From the human T2T-CHM13v2.0 reference genome, Homo sapiens: DNA of 64,000 nucleotides. Shown piece after piece: positions 14,504 through 33,593 of the stretch. Location of the stretch: NCBI RefSeq assembly GCF_009914755.1, contig NC_060931.1; one strand, written 5' to 3'. The notes below the pieces were generated by a model, which was not told the DNA's origin, did no database searches, and saw only the letters and a list, made by a program, of their open reading frames with translations. Position numbers and translations under genes: made by a program. Each line of letters starts with the position of its first letter. Within the stretch, counting starts at the first letter, position 1.

Positions 14504-14600
14504 CAGTTCTCGTGGGCCATATGGTTCACAGAAGGTGACGGCATTGCCATGCATAATCGCGCCACACTGTTCTCCAGTCTCACAGTTGTTACATTCAACC
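14504..14600 (-). CDS. RELN: Reelin coding exon (exon 7, 97 nt): (W)[32 protein letters not shown]
   Basis: Minus strand reads ttttcctgcag|GGTTGAATGT...CGAGAACTG|gtaagt. Cys-rich peptide recognised as N-terminal reelin. Confidence 0.98.
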
Positions 14601-14749
14601 CTGCAGGAAAACAGAACACAGTCCCCGTCTGAGAACTAAGTAGCACACGTGGTTTACTGCTCAGGTAAGAAACGATATAATATTTATTGTTACTCAGCTC
14701 AAATCACCATTTTGAGGAAAGTAGGAGTATTTTGCATCATGATAAGGTT

Positions 14750-14985
14750 AAGAAGACCTGAAACCAGAAAGACTTGAACATAAATCTCAATTCTTTCAGT
14801 TACTTACAGTGGTGGGTAAGTTACTTAACCTTCCAAAGTTTCAGTTTCCTCACCTGTAAAACGAGGCTAACCATACTGATCTAAATCTCACATAGTTATT
14901 GTGAGGATGAAATGAGAGATTATATACAAAACACAGAATACAGAACCAATGTCATAGCAGGCACTTAATGAAAGATGATATTATA
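14750..14985 (+). mobile_element. MIR SINE
   Basis: MIR core ggtaagttacttaacctt...cagtttcctcacctgtaaaa...gttattgtgaggatgaaatgag. Confidence 0.8.
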
Positions 14986-17284
14986 GTCAATAATTATATA
15001 ATATATACATGCCCAATACAAGGACGTCTGCAAGTATTAAAAATAAGCAGAGTAATAGCCACTTACATAAAAACTTGTATCTCTGAAATTAAAAGGTGTT
15101 TTATACATTTTAAACATTTTTCTTTGGAGTTATGGTTAATGTAAATGTTTAAAATGACTGTCCTCAAACAAATCTGCATGTATACGTTCCACCATGCTAA
15201 AAACAATGAAATCAGATTGTATTTAATCCATGTATTAGTATGATATACACACAAATTCTAATTCAAGCACATTTTGGATACTGAGCTATTATGCTAACCT
15301 CACGAATAACGGAATTAGCTCCTATCTTTATACTATAAAACGAAGTGGTTATTAAAATCTTAGGACAGGATCTCAAAAATAAATTTATTCATATCTCTAT
15401 CTAGCAGAGATTGAAGGTATGTGTATTCTGGACTTGACCTTGTATATTTACGGTAACATTTACAATTTTCTGCATTGTGACATTTCAACCTACAATCATT
15501 ACATTCCTAACATGTAGAAATAAAGAGCAATGTTTCCCCTGTCTGAACCTCAAACCACATGAGAGCTATATTTCATGCAGAAAGAACATTTTCAAAGACT
15601 TTCACATTCCAGGTGCCAAACATTGCAGAAAGGGCACTATGCCCTTTGTTTAGGAGATTATTGTATTATACCCTTTCAGCCGTTTGTTAATTTTAAAGAA
15701 AAGGAGTAGAACACCCATCCAAATAGGAAGAAGACAAAAGTGTGAAAGGAGCGCATAAAGCCAGGAGGCAGAAACACTGCACGTCAAAAATTGGCAAAGA
15801 AATGAAAGTACTTCCTATATGTTTACCACATTGATTAAATGATATTATTTTCATCTTTTGAGCCGTGTTTCCACACAGAAGATCAACAGTGCCAAGTATT
15901 TTTCACATATTTTAGAAAAAACATAAATAAATTTGATACAGAATTTGAAATGTTAGTATCTCATAGCATCACAATTCTTAGGAGATTCAAATCTTCCCTT
16001 GGTTACTGTGAAGCAAGACATTAGAAGAGACAACAGCAGTAGCTTCGTAAGGACAATAAACCTGTCTCTTGTTCATCATTTATGGCATGTTCCTTTTGAG
16101 CACATTGTATTCCTGAAATATTTGTTGAATGAATAAATGCATATAAGACAACTTCATAAATATAACCATTTTAAAGGTCTGAGGTCTAAAGAACTTAGAA
16201 TAGTGCCTGGCACATAGTAGGCATGATATAAGTGTTAGCTGTTATTATTGCTAAGAATTTCTCATGGATTTCCACCATTTTCCTCTACTCCAGAATTTTA
16301 TATTAGGGTTTTTTTTTTCCATAGAGACTGTATTATGCAAATGACTTCTTACTACTTTTCTAATTCTTTAAACTGATTGGGATTGTGATAAAAGTACAGT
16401 GAAGTAGCACAAAATTTATAGTAGGCTCCTTACTTTAGTGAGAGATGAAGGTTATTTGGCCTCCAAGTCATTGTGAAATGGCTTAAGAGAAACATCAACT
16501 TTGACAGAGAAAAAAAGTAAAAGAATGTTCAAACCTCACAATGGCTATCTGCCATTTGTCTCCAGTGACTCTAAACTAAAAGTGTCACTGTTGATGTGAA
16601 ATTTGAGGCCTGCTGTTTGAACTTCTACAGCAATCATTTTGTCCATAAATATTGCTCAGCAGTTTCCAAATCAACTATTTATCAAGAAAATATCTATATA
16701 TAATATATGTATTACAAGCCCCCTCCTTCCATAGTTTCGCTTAAACAGAATTCAGGTAGAAACTGGATAACTGTATAAAAGTGATGGCCTACAGCCTGGA
16801 ATTAGAGAACCAGTACCTAGATGACAGATGTTTGATGTCTTTGGAGAATCACTTCTATGTGGCAGAATAGCAGGGATTTAAAAAAAAAAACAATAAACAC
16901 AAGACAAAAGAAAACAGATAAAGCTATTCTTCCCATTGAACTCAACAATCCACTAGACGCTTCTCTTCTTCATTGTGCTTTATATCCCCAGAAATTTATA
17001 ACAAATGTAAAAAGGCATTGGTAACCCTGCTGAAGAAACTAAAAGATTTATAATTATCAGATATTACCCACTGTGTGGTTGCTACCTCCAGAAACAATGG
17101 CTTCACCAAGGACTGATGGGACAAATCAGTCCGATTTCTGCCAAGGTCTTTTAAATGTCCTTTACTTGAATTTCTCACAGTCTGACTGGGTTTGTCAACA
17201 TAATTTATTTTAATTTACCCTGAATGCCCATCCCTCTAGGAGGTCAAATCCAACCCTCTCTGAGATGCCAATGGTGTTATTTAT

Positions 17285-17800
17285 TCATCCATCATTTATT
17301 AATCCATTCTTGTATTTAACAAACTTAGGGTGAGGGCTCACAGGCACTGCACTAAGCTTTACTGATACAAGGACCAATGAAACACTTGTCTTTTCTTCTA
17401 GGAGCTTACGTTTCAAATGGAAAGGCAGAGAAGTAAACAAACAGTTACAATAGAGGGTGTCAATGCAATGATGCAATGATAGCTATTTACTGCATTCTAT
17501 CATTGCTCTTCACTCATAACAGGAGCATACACTGGTTGCGATGGTACCTAATGCAGAGACTGGGGAAGTAAGAGAAAGCCTTCAAAGGAGATGGTCCCGG
17601 AACTGGTCCTGAATGAGAAACAGGAGTTACTCAAGCAAGGAAGAAAGATGAGTGTGTGATAGGGCACATACAATGCAGAAATTATGACACACAGCTGAAC
17701 TGTTAGTTCAGTGGGTCAGTATGATGGAACCACATTGGTCCATGCAGAAAGGCAGCAAAGGATGTGTCTAGAAAGTGGCAACCAGCTCACAAAGGCTTCA
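17285..17800 (-). mobile_element. L2 LINE 3' fragment
   Basis: Starts with the L2 tail (cattcatt-like), followed by caggcactgcactaag...ggagcttacgtt. Confidence 0.6.
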
Positions 17801-18153
17801 TGTGCTGTTTACCATGTGATAGGTGCTGACAGAAGCTCTACAAACAATGCCCCAATTAATTGATACCAAATCCTCTCCTTCTATTTTTTTTTATCTCCAC
17901 TTAGACGATGCTAGAACTGAGATTTAGAAATATTAAATTACTGTCCAAGGTTACACAGCTAGTCAATTGCAGAATTGGGAGTCAAACTCTAATTATTTTG
18001 TTTCCAAAGTCATGTGGCAAATCCAACTTTTAGAAAAATTACTATAGCAAATTATGGGCTGGAGGTAGAAAAGCCTGGGGGCTATTAATGTAACTCAAGT
18101 AAGATATAATGGTGCCTTGAAATAAGGTGGGATGGAGCAAAGTGGACACCTTC

Positions 18154-18446
18154 CACTGCTCTATAAAAACCTAATGTAAGCCACTTTTTTCATTTTCCAC
18201 TTCTAATGGTTGCATTAAAAAGAAACATTAATTTTAACAAGATGTTTTATTTAACTCAATATATTCAATTATATTTTCACATGTAAGTAATATAAAAATT
18301 ATTAATTACAATGTTTACATTTTTAAATACTGTCTTCAAATTATGGGGTGTATTCTATGCTTACAGCACATCTCAATTCAGACTAGCCACATTTCAAGTG
18401 TTCCACAGCCGTATGTGACTAGTGCCTACCATGTTGGACAATACAA
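18154..18446 (+). mobile_element. MER33-like non-autonomous hAT-Charlie DNA transposon
   Basis: cttacagcacatctcaattcagactagccacatttcaagtg...ctaccatgttggacaatacaa. The 3' flank ctctagag fits the Charlie NTCTAGAN target preference. Confidence 0.82.
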
Positions 18447-19166
18447 CTCTAGAGAATTAGAGGGCTTGGAAACTGCCTGCTTTTTAGTTACACTGAAAAT
18501 TGGAGATGATCAGCTGAACTTTCAGAGAAAGGAGATTGGGACTGATATGACAGTTTAGGATATAGTTGAAATCATGGGAGTGTATATCTTTAGGGTCCTC
18601 GGGATAAGGGAGGATATACAAAGTAAGAAGAGAAAAGGTCCAAGAATGAATCCCTGGGGAACAATCAGATTGCCCATGGGCTAGTTTCTGGAAAGCTCAA
18701 ACCATCATCATAATCCTTCAGTGTGTATCAATCCAAGTGTATCTCCATTTACTTCCCCATAATTATTGGTGGTGGGGTTCATTTCTATGCATGTTCTTAA
18801 TCTGTGCTGCCCATTAAGGTGATCTTCCTAATATTTTTTTCTATCAATAAAGTATTTTACAACTACACATATGAATGCCATTATGATAAAGGGAAAGATA
18901 AATCATAATTTCATGATGAACACAATGATCCTAATGGAGACAAGGCAAGACCGTACAGAGGGCAACTGGTGGTCATGGTTTCCAAGAAGAGAATAGCGAT
19001 CCATGTGAAAGACGAGGTGAATTTTAAAAACGTATGGATATAAATAAACATTCAAATTCCAAGGAAAGTAATTCCTGGCTTACCCCAGAATTTGAAACAA
19101 TACTTAAATGCATAAGTGCTCTTTCAGTCCTACCCTCCTCACTTTCTCAGAATGCCTCTGTGTCTA

Positions 19167-20336
<1,170 letters not shown>

Positions 20337-23300
20337 AAAAATGTTCTCTATAAAGACCACAAGTAATCTGAAATTCTACTCTTCCTTTATGGAAAAGTTC
20401 TATGAGTTCCTAAGAACTAGGATTTCATTTGCGGGATAATGAGTGGTTCAATTTTCTTTAGGCTCAGTGCAAAACAAAAACAAAAACAAAAACTACTGTT
20501 GTTTATTGCCGACGTATAAATCTGTAACCTCACAATTAAATGTTTTCCACTTTCTCATGTTCTCAGGAAAATGTTGGGCTTTGTAAAGTTAGGTAACATA
20601 TTCTTCAGAGATTTGTGGGAAGAAGGAAGTTTTCAATAATCCCAGTTAAACAGACTTCTGTTGTTCAATTTGAAAAGGAATGTGACCTCTCAACCTAAGG
20701 ATCAGAAATGAATTGCTTCTCTGCCTAATAGTAAAAGTAATACTAAATGTTTCTGTAATCTAAGAATGCTTTTCCCCTTTTATATTTCCCAATATGAAAA
20801 ACAGAACATAAGAATCTGACAAATACCTTGGCGTATCATATGGATTGTCCACCTCAAAAATATATTTTGCCATGAACAATATGATTAAAAGACATTTTAA
20901 GGGAAATGCTAGCAATCCTCAAAAACCATTGAAAGCTTGAACTTATTAAACCTTCTCTGAACCAATTTATCACATGCTTAGGTCCCACATGAAGCTTATC
21001 TATTACTTGAGTTTACAGATCATCAAGTGAGAGGGGACTTGAAATATCACTGCATCTCATCACTCCCTCATGATGATGAAACAGGACTAGAATTCAGGTT
21101 GCCTGATTTCTTATCCAATATTGTTTGCGTTCTGCCTAATGCAGCTAGTGAGGGAAAAATTCCAATTCTATAAAAACAATGTGCATTTCAAGGAATGTTT
21201 ATCATTTTGACGGTGAACATTTATTTTGAAAATTTACAATAACTTTTCTTAAAAACTGTTTTTTCAATTATAGGGTAATTTTTTTGTTTTTCTGATAAAA
21301 ATGTACAAAAAGTAGAGCGATGAGTGGACTTCATAAAAAACATTAACAGTGAATTCACTGGGCTGAAGTACACGACAATCATATTCAGTACCCCTTTGGC
21401 TATATATATTCTTAGATAATTCATCACAATCTATTTTATATGTACACCATCTCTTTTTTTTCACTAACAAAAACATAAAAGAATCAGTAAATATAAAGAC
21501 TGGTACTTGCTGACCAAAAAAACTAGGATCAAACCATAAACATAAAAGAAAAAGAAAGGCTTTGAACCAGTGTTTTGTCTTCCACTGTAACAAGCTCCTT
21601 GGTAGATTGCAAGCTTGTTATTTTGTTATTAGTTCTCTATTTTTTATTTATTTATTATTCAGGTGGCTGTTTTTTTTCATGGGACAAAGTATTACATATG
21701 ATGGTACCTTTGAACAGTAGAGAGTATACTTCTGAAGATATAACTGGGTTTTTTAATCCTGATTTTTAAATTATTAGGCATGAAAATATGCTCAACCACC
21801 CATTCATTGGGCACAGAGGAAGATGAAGTGAAATGTCCCTGTAGTCTGGGGTCCCCACATAGCAATGACTCAGACGGGCTCTCAGGATGCAGGAAAGAGG
21901 AGGAGGATGAATGAGAAAATTGAGCTCCTTTGCACAACCAGAGATTTATGAATGGTTGGTGGTGACATCATCTTGATAACAATAAATAACTGAAATATTG
22001 TTTTCTCAAGAGCAGTCTAATGGCATGACTCATTCTTTTTAGATCACAGTGAAATCACTCAGCCTGTAGTCAGGTACTCTGCTGAAGCAAGTTAATCACC
22101 TAGAAACTCACTGACAGTCAGTTATCATCAAATTATCATTTGAGATACATGTAATTTGTCCCCAAGACCAAGGACATCATATTATCTCTCCATAATGTAT
22201 TGCCACTGAAGGAGTCGGTGTCTGACGATCAGCTCCACCAGAAGCAATCTGGCATTCTATAAGCTTGCATTTCTGAGCCACATTCACCAGTATTTCTGAA
22301 TGGAGATAGTCAGATAATTTTAACTTTTGTTCTGATTACTTAAAGTTCTTTAAAACCGAAAAAGGAAAAGAAAAGTTTCTTGTAATTTCCTGACCCAAAG
22401 ATAATGTGTCTGCACCCCCAGGTACGGATCACACTGCCTGTGCTAAGAAGAATCTGAGGTGTGAGCTTGCAAAGCAAGGCCAAATCAAGGAATGATGAAT
22501 TCATCAAAGTAAATCAGACCTTGCCGGCCATTTGGTAGCTGGGCTGTCAGCTGACTTATTCCGAGACACTAGAACTCTTTGTACCTTCCATTCAAACCTC
22601 AACAACCAAATACTCAACTTCTGACCATATTTTACAATATAGCTGTTTTATAATAAAGAGGGCATGACCATTACACCTGTAAGCAATTTACATGATCATT
22701 TTCAAGAAATGAAAGATCAAGCTTAATTTTTTTAAAATCCTATCCTCTTTGTAAATGTGGAATCTTTTTAGAGAAACAGCAAGGAAAGTTCATTGTATAA
22801 GACTGAGAATATTACCTTCAACTATGTCATGTCTTTTTTTCTAAGGAGCTAACACATGCTGTAAATGCGAAAATGACAAACTCCATTTATAGCTCATTCT
22901 TTCTCATTACTTTTCACTGAGGAAGGTAAGATAACTCTTCTTATTTCTCTAGGGAGTTAAAAAATTCGATCTCGTCTTCATTAACAGGTACGAATGACAA
23001 ACGTTATTTGGGTTAAAAATAACACCTCTAAAATCTTACTACTGCACACAATATTCTGACCTCCTACTATGGTAAATTCCACTACATGCTGCTTGAAGAA
23101 ATATTTTCTTACTTGTTTCAAATGTACTTGACATTTAATTCCTTTGAGTGAGCTCTTGTTTTTGCCACCTAAAGCAGAAATTAAACAAGGAAGTAATAAA
23201 CCTCTAGATTCACACCTTATTTTATTAGTTGGACACCCCCTGGTTAACCTTTCTATTGTAGATGAAGCTTTTCCCTGGAGCAATTACATCATGATAGAAA

Positions 23301-24805
23301 AAGAGGGGAATGACGGGGAGGAAGCTAGAGAGGAAACTTAGAGAAGAGTTTTGTAATAAGAGAAAAAAGTTATTAACAAAAGAGAAGAAAAAGTAAGAGA
23401 GAGCAGAAAGTGGTGAAGAAATCAAGAGGGAGGAGGTTAGAGAAAAAGTAGAGAAAGATTCATATATGATCAAAATAGTGAACCATTAAACTCCAAATAT
23501 TAAATGATAATAATTCCATAACCTGAAAATGCACAGATATACGAGAGGTTCTGACAAGGGTATGTCATCAGAGAAAATATTTATTGTGTCTGATTTTTTT
23601 CATCTATTCACCATCTCCTGTAGCCACTTGCTGTTGAGAAAATGAAAGGTTTATGCTCCCTTTCACCAGCACTGCCTTTCCGGCTCACTGCCCATGGGCG
23701 TGTTGGACACTGAGCAAAGTGGAGATACTTTTATTATCCAATTTATTTCTCAGTTGTTTGTTCATCAGTCTTACTTCTTTCTGATTACCTAGAAAATCCA
23801 CTTATACTGTAGTTCTCACACTTGGCTACTAAATGGAGGAGTCCTCTGTTTTTTATTATTTACGGCATGGGGGTTGTCCAAGATACTAATGAACTATAAA
23901 GTGGTTTTACTGCTTGTTTGACTTCTTTTCGTTTGTGGGCTAAGCTATTATTAAATAAAGTTCCAGCTAGAATAACTCACCCATCATCTTGAAATCTCAG
24001 TATTTCTATGCTATTTGTTCAGACAATTATGTTTCTCAAAGGAATTTTAGTAAGCCAAATCACCAATCTTTTTCCTTATTTCATATTAATTGCTCCAACA
24101 AATTAGTATTTTCAGGAGAATACCAGATGCAGCAGAGTCTGTGATCGCTATTTCCCCGGTCCTGTAATATTGTCATTTACATATGAAAATGGAAATGTTC
24201 TAGTCTTTTCTTGATTCTAGCAATCCAATGCAATGCCAATCATGGCTTTAGCTTCCTTTGTTGTAAATTGTGGACCTTTCTGTATCATTATCCAACTGAT
24301 GGAGGTCTTCTTGTACCACAGGACCTGAAACAACTTTATTTGTGGCTTTCTTGATGTTTCACATCTCTGTTGGCATCACAACCCAGTCATCTAAGATGCT
24401 ATTTCTGAGGAGTAACTCCTGTTCTTCCCTGATCTCTGTTGAGTAGGACATCTCTGCTATTATTATTGTTCTATCATTGTGCTGGAGGGGAAACATCTGT
24501 TGTCATCTAGTTGCCAGTTATCATTGTGTTTTTTAATAGTTCTACATTTCCCACTAGAACATCAGAGCCTGGTGATATTAGAGCTCTGGATGCCTTCTGT
24601 GATCTTCGGAAAATAAGCATTAAACGGATAACTTAAGTAAAACAAAGATCCTCTCTGACTTTGTAATTGCTTAAAGGGTAAAACTCTTCTTGAGAAAACT
24701 AAAATCCATTCATGTTTTAGTTCCTTTGCAGTCTCTCTCTGTCTCAAGTTATGAATCAGAAATATCTCCTATGTCTTATTTTTTTCATTGCCTTTCTTCT
24801 TATTG

Positions 24806-25550
<745 letters not shown>

Positions 25551-27934
25551 AGGTATAATTATTTTTCAAAAAAATCAAGAATTTCCCCATTCACATAAAA
25601 TACTGGCAGTGTTTATATTATAGTGCAATAATTTAATTCATAAAAAGAAACTATGGATATGTAGTTGATGTTCAATAGTAGCTGCATAAGTAAAGTGTTA
25701 ATAAAATACGACGTATTTGTGGTCCCTTACATTCTTCTGAATTTAGTTATACGAGGTTTTCCTTCCCATTTTGTTGGGGGAGGTTTTGGAGGGTTGTTGC
25801 TGTATGACTAAGACACTATTGATGCCCTCTGTCATCAGTAGTGCAGCCACATTGAACACACTTGCTAACAGCACTGGTAAAGTGGTATTCATTCATTTGT
25901 GCTCTCCCTCACCCTCTTGGGTTCAATGGCACATTGGAATTGATGCAATTCATGTTGAGCTCCAGAGGTATAGTGCTTGTGGTCCAGGGTGAAGTGCAGA
26001 AGCTTCATTCTCATCAAGGTTGAGCTACCATTATATTCACATGAAGGGATTTTGTTACTCTCTTCACTTCAAACTTTACTTCTCATCTCTCATTCAAACA
26101 AGTCAATCAGCAGCCGCTGGGGGAGTGGGGATATGAAGGGCCACTTCCCTAGCAAAGCCCCAGAGAGATCTAGGAGGCAAAGAGTAGAAGGAATCTATGC
26201 TCTGCATATGAAGGAGGCAGAAGGACCAGAGTTGCACAATTGCACACCAGAGTACAGCACAGAAAAGATGCCCATGGCCCAGGACTGGGAACAGCAGAAC
26301 AGTCTCCATGCCCTCAGGCTGGGCTCAAAACAGAACCACTGCTCAGAAACAGTGGTGAGGACAGGGACAAAGCCGGGCTGTGTGGACTAGTCACCAGACT
26401 AGATGAGATAATGGAAGATTCAGTGGATATCTGCAGGAACAGATAGATGGCTGGGGACCAGAGGTGCATCCTCATTCTACCTTCTACCTTTGCACTAATA
26501 AGACACCTGACACTTAGCTCAAAAACAAACAAAAAAAAATAGAAGAGACAAGCCAGAGTTGACTGAAATTAAGTTTCCACCAACATGGTAGGAGGAGGAG
26601 AATATAAAGAAATTAGATTAGGTTATGGAAGAATAAAGAAAGTTTTATTTCTCTGATACTCAAGTTTCTGGACAGAATTCATAACTGCTACACTTGTGTA
26701 AGCATGAACAATTTCCAGAAGGACTCACAGAAACTATTACCCAAGTTGTTGACCCTGGAGAAAGAATAAAGGTCTAATGTGGGAAGGAGGCTTATTTTTA
26801 CTGCTTATATTTTTGGATTATTTGAAATTTTAACCACATAAATTTTTAAATTTTTAAATAATTTCAAATATTCAAACTGAACAGATAGTACATTCAATAT
26901 TGAGTTGACATAAAAAACATTTCTTATTTCTATTCCAACTGTCATAAAAAACTTGGAAGAGTAACTTATCTGTTACCTTTATTTATAATATCATTTTATG
27001 TTCCTCATTTTTTATGTACATGTACAGTCATTAGTAAATGAGATAAACTTGAATATTAAAGAATTATGTGAGATAGAATTAAAAGTTGAATTCATTAGGT
27101 GAAGTTAATGGAAGTAAATACATTGTGAGTGTTTTAACTTTTAAACTGACCTACCTCTCTAAGATTGTACAGACATAACTAGTTTCTTAATTTCTCTTTT
27201 GCTTAACAATAAGAAGTACAGAGTAAATAATTCACATAAAGCTTTTAGAATCCCAGGGGAGAAATATGCTCTTATAAGTAGCACATTTTTTCTTTTGAGG
27301 TAAATTATTTGGTGGTGTATTCAGTTATGGGAATTTGGCTAAATGCAGCATACCCACGCACTTTGCTTTTATCTGGTGGTGTGTGGCAGTGGCATAGGGA
27401 CCATGTTTGCCACAAGGATTCCCTTTTCCATACTGTTACAAAGCTCCACTGGGTTTCTGACTCTTTTCTGGGGTAAAGAGAATCAAAGACAATATTATAA
27501 GGGACAAAACTCAAGTGACAAAACATGTAGCAAGAAAATAGAAGCTTTGAGAGAGTTAAAACTGCTTATCAGTTTCCAAAACAAAGTGGGGCTTTGTTAG
27601 TTTATTGGAAATATTTCATGGGGATATCTGATTTCACTAGATGCTTGTTTCTGACTTTAGGAAGTTTACATTGACTTCTAAGGGGTTCGAGACATCTAAC
27701 ACCTTATTTTTCCCTCCTTTATGATTTTGCTGTAATGCTGTTTTCATCAATATATATTCCATAGATTTTATAATATAAATATATTTAATTTGGCATTTGT
27801 TTTTTATGAAAATGCAATGAAGGAAGACTTGGGGACTCAGTTAAATAAATTAGCTTAAGATTATTTTAATAATAATAATGTTTTAATCATGTCTGGGCTT
27901 AGAAGGGATAGTCTAATGTACAAATATATCACAA

Positions 27935-28110
27935 GAGAAAAAAAGGAGGATGGGAGGGAAGAAGGAAGAAAAGGAGGGTGAGGGGAAGTAAAAGTGGGAG
28001 AGAAAAGAGAAGAGGGAGGAGAGGGAAAGGGAGAGGAAGAGATGAAAGCGAGAGAAAGGGAAGGGAAAAGACAGGGAGGGAGGGAAAGAGAGGAAGGCAG
28101 AGACGAAAGT
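27935..28110. repeat. GA-rich polypurine low-complexity tract
   Basis: ggagggaagaaggaagaaaaggagggtgagggg... is almost purely purine. Confidence 0.85.
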
Positions 28111-28694
28111 GATGGGTATTGAGCACCTAGAATACACTAGACCTCTTCATACTGAAACTGTAATACAATGCTGCAAGAATGATATTTGAGGGGGAGAAGA
28201 GCCAAGATGGCCGAATAGGAACAGCTCCGGTCTACAGCTCCCAGCGTGAGCGACGCAGAAGATGGGTGATTTCTGCATTTCCAAGTGAGCTTTGAAGAGA
28301 GTAGTGGTTCTCCCCGCACGCAGCTTGAGATCTGAGAACGGGCAGACTGACTCCTCAAGTGGGTCCCTCACCACCGAGGAGCCTAACTGGGAGGCACCCC
28401 CAAGTAGGGGCGGACTGACACCGCACACGTCCAGGTACTCCTCTGAGACAAAACTTCCACAGGAACGATCAGGCAGCAACATTTGAGGTTCACCAATATT
28501 TGCTGTTCTGCAGCCACCGCTGCTGATACCCAGGCAAACAGGGTCTGGAGTGGACCTCTAGCAAACTCCAACAGACCTGCAGCTAAGGGTCCTGTCTGTT
28601 AGAAGGAAAACTAACAAACAGAAAGGACATCCACACCAAAAACCCATCTGTACGACACCATCATCAAAGACCAAATGTAGCTAAAACCACAAAG

Positions 28695-29707
28695 ATGGGA
28701 AAAAAACAGAGCAGAAAAACCGGAAACTCTAAAAATCAGAGCGCCTCTCCTCCTCCAAAGGAATGCAGCTCCTCACCAGTAACGGAACAAAGCTGGATGG
28801 AGAATGACTTTGACAAGTTGACAGAAGAAGGCTTCAGACGATCAAACTACTCCAAGCTACAGGAGGAAATTCAAACCAATGGCAAAGAAGTTAAAAGCTT
28901 TGAAAAAAAATCAGACGAATGGATAACTAGAATAACCAATGCAGAGAAGTCCTTAAAGGAGCTGATGGAGCTGAAAACCAAGGCACGAGAGCTACATGAC
29001 GAATGCAGAAGCCTCAGTAGCCAATGCGATCAACTGGAAGAAAGGGTATCAGTGATGGACAATCAAATGAATGAAATGAAGCGAGAAGAGAAGTTTAGAG
29101 AAAGAATAAAAAGAAACGAACAAATCCTCTAAGAAATATGGGACTATGTGAAAAGACCAAATCTACGTCTGACTGGTGTACCTGAAGTGATGGGGAGAAT
29201 GGAACCCAGCTGGAAAACACTCTGCAGGATATTATCCAGGAGAACTTCCCCAATCTAGCAAGGCAGGCCAACATTCAAATTCAGGAAATACAGAGAATGC
29301 CACAAAGTTACTCCTCGAGAAGAGCAACTGCAAGACACATAATTGTCAGATTCACCAAAGTTGAAATGAAGGAAAAAATGTTAAGGGCAGCCAGAGAGAA
29401 AGGTCGGGTTACCCACAAAGGGAAGCCCATCAGACTAACAGCTGATCTCTCGGCAGAAACTCTACAAGCCAGAAGAGAGTGGGGGCCAATATTCAACATT
29501 CTTAAAGAAAAGAATTTTCAACCCAGAATTTCATATACAGCCAAACTAAGCTTCATAAGTGAAGGAGAAATAAAATACTTTACAGACAAGCAAATGCTGA
29601 GAGATTTTGTCACTACCAGGCCTGACCTAAAAGAGTTCCTGAAGGAGGTACTAAACATGGAAAGGAACAACCGGTACCAGCCACTGCAAAAACATGCCAA
29701 ATTGTAA
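28695..29707 (+). pseudogene. L1 ORF1p, disabled
   Basis: MGKKQSRKTGNSK...QPLQKHAKL. Premature TAA at 29130-29132 and a frameshift near 29184 split it into ORFs 28695-29132 and 29297-29707. Confidence 0.93.
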
Positions 29708-29755
29708 AGAACATCAAGGCTAGGAAGAAACTGCATCAACTAACAAGCAAAATAA

Positions 29756-33593
<3,838 letters not shown>

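Noticed and set aside
25771-26532. Overlapping ORFs up to 137 aa
   Set aside because: No recognisable homology. The sequence looks like degraded LTR-type DNA, but I could not assign a family.
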